Shown piece after piece: positions 24,301-36,300 of a DNA stretch of 64,000 bases. The notes below the pieces were generated by a model. It worked only from the letters and a program-made list of their open reading frames with translations. It made no database searches and had not been told where the DNA came from. Positions within the stretch are counted from its first letter, which is position 1; each line of letters opens with the position of its first letter. Source of the DNA: Oculina patagonica. Taxonomy: Eukaryota. The DNA lies in NCBI RefSeq assembly GCF_052425735.1, contig NC_135763.1, positions 14,632,001-14,696,000 of the forward strand, read 5' to 3'. A program made the translations under genes and the position numbers.

Positions 24301-27300
24301 AAAGATCGCTCAATTCAGAAAATGGAATTTTAATGGCAATCGATTTTGAAGCGTTTTTGGGGAACGCCTGCTTTGAAAAAAATATCATTGCATGTGTGTA
24401 ACTAGCGCACGTGCGGATAGCGTGTGTGCGTAACTAATTCAATAGATAAATCCCTGTTATGATGGTTGCAAAGTGCTGCAACCCATTGTAGTGCAAACTA
24501 AAATTGGGCGATTCCTTTTCATAACTGGCAAGTTTAGCCCTTTGATATAGGTCCCAGATTGTCGTTATCTGACGTGTTGTTTTCCATTTGGGAGGACTTC
24601 CCAAGTTGGGTTAAGGCCTATTTTATAATACTTATTCCAATTATTTTTCTTTATAATTTGTTGCTAGATAATACCAGAACACAAGCTGTGGTTTCACGTT
24701 TGGTTCAAGCTTACTGGGCACCATTGTGGGAGTGGCTTTCTGGTGATAGGGATGGAATTTTCAAAAACTCTGAGGTGAACAGCGAGTTAGTGATGTGTAC
24801 GATTTCTTTGACATTTTATTCAATGTTAAAAATTAAACAGTTTGTGAAATCGCTGAACTCACTTTGGACCAAATGAGAGACTAACGAAGCCCGCGTGGAA
24901 AGTGATTTGGCAAATAACTGTTAATTTAGACAAGTGCAGTTGTTTGTGAAATATTTAATTTTTAATGAAGTTTGAACGAGTAAGAAAAGAAGTACAGTAC
25001 TCAAAGAGCGCCCAACCGGTATCTGGGAGGCCATGGGTTCGATTCCCGCCGGGGACTCAGATTTTTTCTTTGTCCCATGCTCGTGTCATGTTGAACACTT
25101 CATCTTCATTATTTATTACCGAGCTTAAAATTTAACATCTTTAATATTTACTACAAACTTGATGATTTCGACATTGCTGATCCTAGCAGTATGCAGGACG
25201 CGTGTCACTTATCAACCTAGTAAATGGCCCAGCTCACAACGAGTCTCTCGTAGCTCAGTTGGTTAGAGCGCCCAACCGGTATCTGGGAGGCCATGGGTTC
25301 GATTCCCGTCGGGGACTCAGATTTTTTCTTTGTCCAATGCTCGTGTCATGTTAAACACTTCATCTTCATTATTCAGAGTATATTTCTGTTTTCTATTATA
25401 GGAGTTATGTATGGAGCTGCTTACTGCTCTCATTCACACAATGCAAAGAGGTTAGTTTTATAGGTGAATGATTCATTAGACGTTTTTGTCATACTGAGCA
25501 ATGTAAGAATGTTTATATGCTTGGCTTACTGGTCTCATTTGTTGTTTGAACACAAAGAGTATTTGGATAACGTGAAATTAAACTTTTTTGCACTGTACAA
25601 GGTTATAGAGTGTAACTTTTACATGCATTTAAAACGATTTTTAATTGCGTGTTGAAAGTAATTTGCGTTTGCTTTTGCTTGCATTACTACGCTAAGTAAT
25701 TGGTTAAAACAACTTGGCGCCACTTTCTCAACCAATCAAAATTAAAACCAGAACCAATCGTGCCTCGCTTACACACCTTTTTTCGTCGCTTCGTTCCGGC
25801 TACATATATTTACTTCGAGGTTTGATTGGTTAACTGGATTGTCTGTGTCCTTTGTGATTTGCCAAAGTGATAACTTACTTCCATAGTACATCTGTGTAAC
25901 AATTCTTTATTGCTCAGGTACCATTTATGTCATAAGATATGTGACAAGCCGATATTCTCGGTTTTTTTTTTCTGCTTGGGCTTCTTTTTTAGATGGCAGT
26001 CTCAGCGAAAGGCTCCAGGAACTTTTGATGAAAGCCTCTTTGTGGGACAGGTAGGAGCGTGCCTTCACATGCATACATTGAATTGTCTTGTATGCTTTTA
26101 TAATGCAGTTCTGTTAATTTTCTTTTGACGTTTTTGTGTTTTCAGCTACCAGTTGAGAATCTGTCACCAACTGGTAACAAGTCAGTGTCGTGACGTTTCT
26201 ACCAATCAGCAGAGAGTAGATGTCATGAGCAAATTCTGCTTTGCCTGTATGGAGTTCTTGTCAAGTGTTCTAGATGGAATAGGTAACATTCTTTTTCTTT
26301 TCCTTCCTCTCTGACCAACGTTTGTTAGGTTTACTGGTAGTGTTGGTAGGTTTGTTGCTGGTAAAGGCTGGTTTCTATGTAATTGATAAAGGTCCTAAAT
26401 TCTGGTGATTTAGTTTACCTAACTTGGCTTAAATGTACCAAACCTTTCCTGCGTAATTTCCGGCCCTGTTAAAAGCATATGCCGCAAAAGATGTTCAATC
26501 TGGGTTCAGCTTTTGAATGCCCTGCAATTTGTCTTGATCGCCACTGATTATTTTTAAAATGAGCCTTGAACTGAAAGACTGCATTTGACTGAAATACACC
26601 TATGGTTAGTGAGTGTGAGAATCTCGAATATGACAATTTACTGGGAATATTAGTATGACAGAAGGTTTGATGGTTGCTTGAATGATTTTAGGAAGCAAGG
26701 AAGATGATGAACCCGTGATAAAGGATACTTTGTGTCACATGGAATCGATTTGCAAGGTATGTGACAACATGATTTCTCATTACAGTGACAAAATCAGACA
26801 ATATCCACTGAAAGCAAGAATTTCTCACAACTGATTTTTGGATTCTACATTGCAGAATAGAATAACTACATGTTATATTGATGTTGATGTTTTCATCTTT
26901 CTTGTTTAGAATGCTGGTGCCATCAGTGCCATTGATGAACGTTGCATTTCAACGTGGAACAGCTTTGTAACTAATTGTTTAAGGTATTTTATGAAATAGC
27001 TTATCTTGATCAGTGTGAAAAGAATAGTTATGGCATAACCATTGGTGGAGGTGCTTAAAAGTTTAGCCATAAAGAATGTAAGAACTTTCAAAGAATAATT
27101 CCGTTTCTGTCACATACTCTGATAAGAATTTAACGCATCGTTTACACTGGAATTATTGAGAAAATTCCTATTCCCAAAGCTCGGAAATGTCTTATACAGT
27201 TCTTACCCGCTTATAAGAACCCATTTTTTCAAATTTAGCCTAAACGGGTTCTTATGTAAATGGTGCTTAGTGGAATTTTAGGCTACGCAGGTTCTTAAAT

Positions 27301-30300
27301 AGGTTCTTATTTAATGAGAAATATATTATACACCTGTGAATGGTAGAAAGGTGGCATGTATATTAATTTAATGCCAAAACCGGCCTGGCCTTTAGACAGT
27401 ACACTATGTGGCCATGACCCATTTTAGTAGATATTTTAATTCTCAGTATCAGGCTAAAAGTTGATTTAATGATATATATCTAATGAAATATATACATATA
27501 TGAAGATTTTTTTAGGTTAATTTCTCTAAGAACCTTTCTACAAGAACCTGTTTCAAATTTTAGGCTAAATAGGTTCTTATGTAAATGGGGTCTAAATTGA
27601 TATTTTTAGGCTAACAGGTTCTTAAATTGCAGGTTCTTATAAGCGGGTAAGTACTGTATGACATTTCAACCCCAACCCATTCCATACAATTATTGATATG
27701 ACCTAACAAACTCCCAAATTTCAACGTTTTCGTATTTTCCTTAGGTACAAATTTGAAAATGTTCAGGTTCTGACAGCTTTGAGATTCATGATCAAGGCAC
27801 TCTACAAGGAGCAGGGTGGTAACAAGAGTCTCGCTGGTGATCTCTTGTCCCTGGACACTTTGTATGAAATGGTGTTAAGCCATTCTCAGTTCTTGGATGT
27901 TTTCCTCAATAATGATGAAAAGAGAGACACAAAAGGTAAGATTCTTGTAAATTTTAAAGGGACATGGTCAGCGTTCATGTTTTGAAAAAAGTCCACCTTA
28001 ACCCGAAATCAAAATACGCGTAGAAACCCTTCACCTTCTCGGTGTATTTTTTTCTCTAAATTTTCTTATTTAGTGAAACACTGAGAAGATTGCAGCAGAT
28101 TTCTCAAGGTTCGTTTTAAAAAAAATTCCATCATGGACTATTTTCAAAACGTGTAAACTAGTGTCCAGGTCAGCGCGGTAAGAACGCTGACCATGTCCCT
28201 TGTAACAATATATCTAGGAGAGCCGCGCAACCAAAGTCAGTTTACGTCAGTCAGCAAATCACTTCGCCAGAAATTCGTGAGTTTTGATGTACATTTCCAC
28301 CGGCAATGTCATAAAACAACTGGTTCATGCTTTAAGCTGTGCATTATCGAGTTATGGTGCACGCGGAAAGTTTGGAGAGCACTCAAGAACGAGCAACGCT
28401 TGTGCTAAACTCGATGGTGCATGCTAAAGCATGAACCATCTGTTACTCGTGGAAAACCCAGCAATAGGTTGAGTGTGTAAAATACTTTAAAAGAAAGGAA
28501 AGAACCCCATTGGGAAGTGGGGATGACTACTGCTGGCGAGGATAGAAGTGGATTAATTTGGTAGTCCGGCGGCTTAGCTCCTGAATTGTGCGATTTTTGA
28601 TACAAGCACCAAACTTTGCGGGATTACAAGCATTTGTATACTTATCAATTCTTGATATAGTGCCAACGCCAATTTCCTATTTTCAGCTAGTAAACAGCAA
28701 TGAAATTTTCAGCCGAGAGGCCCCTCCCCCACGAAGTACTTTTTCTTGTACTTTTATAAACCTTTTATTGTGGATTTTTATTCATAAATACAGATGTGAA
28801 TGCTTTAAATTAGCCTTACAATTGTCATTCTTTACCATCTGTTTGATACCAATAATTTACTAGGAAATTATTGCATGGGAAAAGATTTTTTCGCTCCCCG
28901 CCCTCTGTTCCCTGGCATCTTTCGTTTTGCGCTAGCGTCCAGGTCTCTCGCGATTGGTGAACCGTTCGCTAACAGAAGAAAAATAGGAAAATATAGGGCT
29001 GTAAACAGTGACTGAATTACAGCATTTCATACTTAATTTTGTATGTGCGACTTGATATCACTTCCTGACATAATAGCATTTGTCTATAAACCAGGACAAA
29101 CAAATATTTCACGAAATTTCGTTGATTTTAATAAATTACGGTTTCCATGGAAGCCGATGTTTGTCGGGCTTGGCACTATATCTGAAAAATTTTCTGTTGG
29201 TGACCACTTTCATTGTGCACAATTCAACTAAAATTTCGAGCTAAGCCGCCGGACTATGGGACACTTTATATTTGGGAGTCCCGTTCTCAAGTTTGCCCTA
29301 AATTTTATTGTAAAGTTGCTTCATGAAACTTCTCTAAGAAATTGCTCACGGTGTTCAGTTAGAGTCTAAACTGTTAAGCGGAAAGCTCTTCAGTGACCGT
29401 GCTTCATAAGACAGTTTACGTTACAAGATCCTTAATTAATCTTTATTCGCAGAAACCCTTGTTGAGCTGATGGTTACAGTTGTGGAGTTGAGTCCTAACT
29501 GCTGCAAGTCGTCACACCTGCCTGTACTATTTGCAGCTTACTCTGCATCACTATCGACTACAGGTGAAAAAATTCGCTTTGTTTTAAGCTGTTACTTGGT
29601 GTGATGTAAGTAAAAGGTTTCAGCAACACTCAATCCCACGTCATACTATTTGGCGTCTTTCTTTCTTTTAAATGGTGCTAATTTTGTTTTATTTCACATT
29701 GATACTATAGCGTTTTTCACTTGAGTGTTCAAAGTAAATTGCGTTTGTTTTGGTTTTGAATTGTGAATTGCGTAGTGATTGGTTTAAAAAAACTCGTGTC
29801 ATTTTCTTATCCAATCAGAAGTAAAACCAAAATCAATCGTGACTCGCTCACACACGTTTTTCCTCGCTTCGTGCCGGCTTCATGTATTTGTTTCGAGTTT
29901 AATTGGTTCACTGGATTGTCTTCTTCCTTTGTGATTGGTTGAGGTGATTGCTTTGGTTTTACGACACTCATTTCCATTTCCACTCCAAAGAAGTTTCGAA
30001 TATTTAGGTCGAAAACAATTCTTGAAGAAGTAGTAGTATTTTCCTTGTAATTGCCCATTCTGTGTTTCTCTTATATTTAATTAATATCTTAGCGACACCT
30101 TTCATGGAAGCTAGTGATGGTACGGTGAAATGCTCGAGCTACAAACATGTGGCTCCTTGCAACGTAACCAACTCTCGTGTCTGAAATTGAACGTTATACA
30201 CGTTGAGTTGCTATTGTGTTTGTTTTTAGATCAATCCATTCTGTACCTGTTGAATCTGTATGAGAAAAACCACGCATCGTTCAAGAATTACAGGTATTGT

Positions 30301-33300
30301 AATGAAACTATCACTAACTGTACTTGGTGTGTGGGGGCCTAAAATTTTGAAAAAAAAGGCCGGGGGGCAAAAAAAAACGAAATAAAAGTAAATCTTTGTG
30401 TTGGCTGTCGGGCCCTTGGTCCGCTCGCCGGTAGCTACGGAGATTTGATCAGACTAAAATTACTGCAGTTTAAAAAGAATTTTAGGGGATTCTGTTCAAT
30501 TTATTTAAGTCTCATCCAAACAAACTTGCAAAGACTTTTAAAAGGAAAATCTTCTTGTGTTAAGGATTCTCGAAATTAAAAAGAATTTAAACTGGTGTAA
30601 GAATGGAATGAAATTCGAAATTTTTTGAATAATAGGAGGCAATAGAAACACTACGAAACTGCATAACAGAGTGGAAATGCGTTTGTTTAATTTGTATTTC
30701 CCGATTTTATCTTTTCACAGACCTTTTCTGTGGGGCCCAGCCGCTGCACAGCATCACCAAACCGCCAAGAGCCTGGGACCCTCCCTATGGCAACAACCAA
30801 GTGTCAGTGAAGTGCTGGAACAAATGGATGCCAGCAAAATGTATCAGTCAGCGGTGGCATTTCCACAGAGCAGGCTACTGCAGGTTTGTGAAGGTTTTGA
30901 TGCATTTCCCGCCGGCTGCAACTCTGTGGAGGTGTTACACATGATACCGGGGATGACTTTCATACGGCTGCGAGTTCAACCCGGTCCCCGTATCGGTCGA
31001 GATTTTCTTACCTTTGGTACACGACGAACGCCCACTCGGTATGAAATCATTCTCCTGGTAGACTGGAACGGGTAACATGCGTAGTTTTAATCACTCCAAG
31101 ATGGCGTCGCGTGAGCCGCGTTGGATGAAGGTTGAAGACAAAAAAAACTTTGAAGTGTCTCTTAATGTAAACGCGGTCTGAACTCGCCTTGCTACAAGAT
31201 ATAAAATGTAATGGAATCGACTAATTTACCGAGGACGTAGATACACATGCTCCAAAAACCATCTATTATACAGTTAACATTTAGAACTAAGGATGTATTA
31301 TTTTTAATTTCTCTTTTAGCCACAAGTCCAGAGTGAGCTTTCTCGCCAGACACTCCAAGATGTTTACGACCCTTGTTTCCTCCTGCCGTTATTCAGCTGC
31401 CTTTTAGCTCCAAGTTAGTATTGACTATTAATAGTGTGTTCAGGCGGTCAGGTGGTTGACCGGTACGATAATCAATGTTATTTTAATAATCAAGGCGCGC
31501 AATGTCGTCAGATGAGTGTGATTGTATAAAACCCAGTAGTAGTCAGAATGTCTCCATCCTTACTAAGTTACGTCTAAGCTGACATTTGAGTTCGACTATC
31601 GCCTTTACACTACCGGTCTTGTTGGACTAGTGGCCTTGTACAGGCAACTTGAATGAAATAGCAATCAACCTATCAATCAACTTATCAACCTAGTAAATGG
31701 CCTAGCTCACAGCGAGTCTCACGTAGCTCAGTTGGTTAGAGCGCCCAACCGGTATCTGGGAGGCCATGGGTTCGATTCCCGTCGGGGACTCAGATTTTTT
31801 CTTTTTTTTTTCTTTGTCCCACGCGCGTGTCATGTAGAATAATTTCTTCACTATTTATCACCGAGCTTAAAATCTACCATCTTTATTATTTACTACAAAT
31901 TTGATGATTTCGACATTGCTGATCCTAGCAGTATGCAGGACGCGTGTCACTTATCAACCTAGTAAATGGCCTAGCTCACAGCGAGTCTCGCGTAGCTCAG
32001 TTGGTTAGAGCGCCTAACCGGTATCTGGGAGGCCATGGGTTCGATTCCCGTCGGGGACTCAGATTTTTTCTTTGTCCCATGCTCGTGTCATGTAGAATAA
32101 TTTCTTCACTATTTATCACCGAGCTTAAAATCTACCATCTTTATTATTTACTAAATATTTGTTTTGTTTGCTAGATTATCAAGTGGACTGTCGAAAGTTC
32201 CTGGAGCAAGGCTGCTTGAGTTTCGCAGTAGCCTCGTTGTCCTCACGTGATGTGCATGTGCGGCAAGCGGGATATCACTTGCTTAGCAGATACATGATGC
32301 ATCTTGAAGGGGCCAGATTCAAAGAGAGAAAACAGGTCAGTGCAATATGCCAGCCAGTGTGTCCGAGTATACAGGCAGTTAGACTAACCGGCATACAATT
32401 AAGAGATTTGTTCACTTTAGAAAAGCGCATCTTGTTTCAAGCTTTCAGGTATTGGGTAAGGTGATGTGTAAAAATGAACGAAAGGTCCCAGGAGATTGAA
32501 AACAGAGAAATGAGGGAAAAAACGTGACGGGGTGAGGAAGATGCTCACCCTTTCTCTCTTCATCCCGCTCTCCTTGTTTCCTGCTTGCTTTTGTTTTCCG
32601 TTCACTGGCTTTCACTTTTACCCCGCATCCTGAGGACCTGAACATAAGAAGCTAAATTAATACACGAGGATACACGAGTACTTCTTGTCACTGAGTAAAT
32701 AGGTGTAATAACTTGCTTGACTGATATTTTTTCTTTCTCAGATTTTCCATCTGTTGACATGTTTGAAGAATGGTATTACAGAAGCGAATTGCCGCATATC
32801 AAGTTTGATGGTGTGCTTTATAGCTCGTGTGGCCTACATTCTATTAAAACCAGGTTAGATCTGATTTGAAACTTGTCGTTACCACCCTTCCAATGGCCTA
32901 GGTATGCTTTTTAGCTTCTCTTGTGCGAAAAAATGATAACTGTACCCCTGTAATTCTTTGTTTACTCTCCGCAGAGCATCCTTTCTACATAATGATGAAC
33001 AGCTTCCTACTTCAGAGACCTGCTTTGGATCTCAGAGATTTACCACTGTTTTTCACAATGTTCAATAGTAGCACCATGCAGGTAAAACTTGACTCTAGCT
33101 ATCACAAAATTTTTTCTAAAATAGCCCTTTGCTAACGGTCACCTGGCACAAAATCCGCCATGCTGGAGGACAAGCTACGCTCTAGGCTATTCAAAACAAA
33201 GGAAAGCAAGCTGACTTGTTTAAGTCGCTTTGTTTTGGATGTCTCTCCAACAAGGTGTTATTTTGTAGCATGCGACCGTTTGCTGCATTGGGCCCATCTG

Positions 33301-36300
33301 CAATACGTGCACAGGAAATATTGTAGTCTCCCAGGACACGATGAGGTTTCCCTTTTTACCGACTAATAGAGCAGTTTTCAATTGAGTGTCGTAAAACCAA
33401 AACCAAAGTAATTACTCTGGCCAATCACAAAGGACACAGGCAATCCAGTGAACCAATCAAAACTCGAAGCAAATACATGTAGCTGGCACGAAGCGCGGGA
33501 AGCCGTGCGCGAGCGAGTCACGATTGGTTTTGGTTTTAGTTCTGATTGACTGAGAAAGTGGCGCGAGATTTTTAAGCCAATCAATAAGCGTAGTAATGCA
33601 AAACCAAAGCAAACGCAATTTACTTTCGACACTCAAGTGAAAACCGGTCTAAACGCTGCATTGGTTTGTCTCCTAGCACGTGACCGAGCGTTCCTGGATG
33701 CTACAGTTGCTGGTGGATGGAATGAAGGACAGTCCTGATTACTATCTGTATAAACGGCGTCACGTGATTGAATTAGCCCTGAGTTATCACGATTCACCGG
33801 TCAGCGATCATCACTCTCAGGTTTGAATACCTCATGTGGTAAAACATCAAACATAACCCTTGAAAGTGTACTGCAGATTGCAGTGACCAAATTGCGTTCC
33901 GAAGTGATCAGTATTTAATTTCTTGCAAATATCAAGAATGAATACTTTCGTGGCTGGTCTGACACGCATGTTTCGTCTCCGCCAAGAGACTCATCAGAGA
34001 CCTTTCGGTGAAAGCTAACTCGTCGAACATCGCGTTTGAAGTCCCGCTAGCGTCGAAATGATGGTGCAATCTGGCCTTACATCGCGTAACCATTCCCAAT
34101 TGCGTAACGTGTAAATTGTTATATCAAGAATATAGAAAATAATCAACTAGGAGTAGTGTACCACCACCATATTCTCGAGCGAACGTACAAAGACATGTAT
34201 GGCATTTAGGAAAAGAATTGTTATTTTTAAGGTTAAGAGTTTAATGGTTAATTAAGTACTTAATGCTTTTGTTTGTTTGTGTAGAACTTAGTTACTCAAT
34301 TGTTGCTATCAGCTCTGAAGATTCATCCAGCAGCTTATGATCTTACTAAAAACTACGGCATTGTAGCCTGGATCCACTCCTTGTGTTACAAGAGGTTAGT
34401 TAACTGACTCACTAAATGCCTTTGGTTTTTGTAACAAGTTTGTCGTGCACTTTTCATCGCGATTGAAACAAGTTGTTTCTTAGAGCACTTTTCTGTTACC
34501 ACCAAACTTTCTACTTAAGTTTTGCGTTTGTGAAGCTCTGTAACGAGTCTTTTTGTTGCTGTCGTTGTTGTTTTTTGCTTCCTTTTACTAGTCCTGAAAG
34601 AACTGGTATAAGTCTGAACTTGCTTCAAATCCTTTGGTTTACACTACATGCTACCGACAAGAGCAGCAAAGACTTGGATGGGGAAGAAAAATCTGTTCGT
34701 CTACCTCCAAACGTAGCTCAAGAGTGCGCTTTAGTCTGCTGGACTCTTCTTGAGCAACTCAGGTAAACAAACTACTGTCAGAGACTGTGACTACAAAAAG
34801 TGACAAAAGTGTTGACACATTGTCATTTTAGCCTCCTTTTATTGCAAAACAATATTTTTTCACCCCTTCCCCCATATCAATTCTGTAGTTTGTTTCTGGA
34901 AGTCCTTTGCTGCGATCATGTAAAATTGGACGTGGGGAGGAGGGGGGGGGGGTACTTTGTTGTAGTGAAATTGAAAAACTTCAATGAGAAGTCAATGTGT
35001 CAACTACATTTGTCCAACATGGTAATTCCTCACTCAGTTCAGTTCATCTAGTAACCACATACTGTCTTTATTTTCCAGATCTTGCCCAAATGTGACTGAT
35101 TCCTGTAGCTATTTCAAACTACTGGCATCCGTCATCACTTACCTAGCAGCCAATGAGCAGCCTTTTGGCTTGTCATGTGACCGTATTTTGAGCCTGTTAG
35201 GTTTGTGGTGTGCGGCATTTGACGAGACTTTGACACTGAATCAACTTCTGTCTTCACTAAACTTGAATGAAATGCTGAGCAGTAACGTCAAAACTGGTTC
35301 ACCATCCGAGCCTGAGTATACCAAGCTGAAGACAGAAAGCTTGTGTTCGTTGTTAGAAATTCGCACATCATGGCAGCCGTCGGGCACAGAAACAAACCAG
35401 ACTTCATTACAACAGACAATTCTTGTTGTCTTGCACTTTGGACTGATGTGCTGCCGTGATTCATCCTTGGTTAACAAGCTTGATATTGATTGTTCTTCAA
35501 GCAGTGAAAGCCAAACACCAATTTGCCTGCTTGCACTTCTACGTTGGTTTAGAAGATGTCTAGTAAAAGGCCGTGCACTTCAAGATCGTCTTGTAACAGA
35601 GAGCTCTTCCTCTGAAGTTAAACTTCTCTTACAGCTGTACCAGGTTGGTCCGTCCAACAAGTCGAGCTGCTCGCTACAACAAACTGAACACGACAAACGC
35701 GTTGAGAACTCTGGCTTTGCAGTGACAAGGGAGCTCAACACCATTTGTCTGGTCATACTTGCTGCTGCTCAGCGAGTTAAGCGGGAGGGCGATGAAAAAG
35801 GATCACTGCAGCCAGCGGTCTGCCAGCTTATCTCTAAGGAGCCATATGTTGAGGTTATCACTAAAGGACTGGAGAAAGTGATTCTTCCTTTGCTACCTGA
35901 CCCCTGTAGCGACTTCAAGGAGAGTTGTCATCAGGATCAAGGCGAGTATAATCTTTATCTTGGAAAACAAGAACGTCTGTAAAGTACTCTAAAGTGTTCT
36001 GTCGAGAAATGTCAACCCTTGGCTTCAAAATTGTCTCAAAATTTCATACGGTTTCACATTTTTTCAGCCTTGGACTTGACTGAATTACTGGTAGAACACC
36101 TTCTATTTGCACTCTCTTAATGTGATTACTTTAGAAAATTAAACTTAGTAGGGGATTAGCAGATTAAAAGCCCACATCTCCCATATTAAGTTTGTGTGAC
36201 AGCCTGATCAGACTGAGTTTGCTTTATTTGAAATAGATAGGAGGGGAGATTTTCCTGCCTGGATTTTTGACCATCCAATAAAAAACACAGATCCATACGT

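Noticed and set aside
31723-31790. Functional tRNA genes (also at about 25250 and 31992)
   Set aside because: A and B boxes are present, but I could not form a canonical acceptor stem and anticodon arm, and the motif is embedded in a dispersed repeat.
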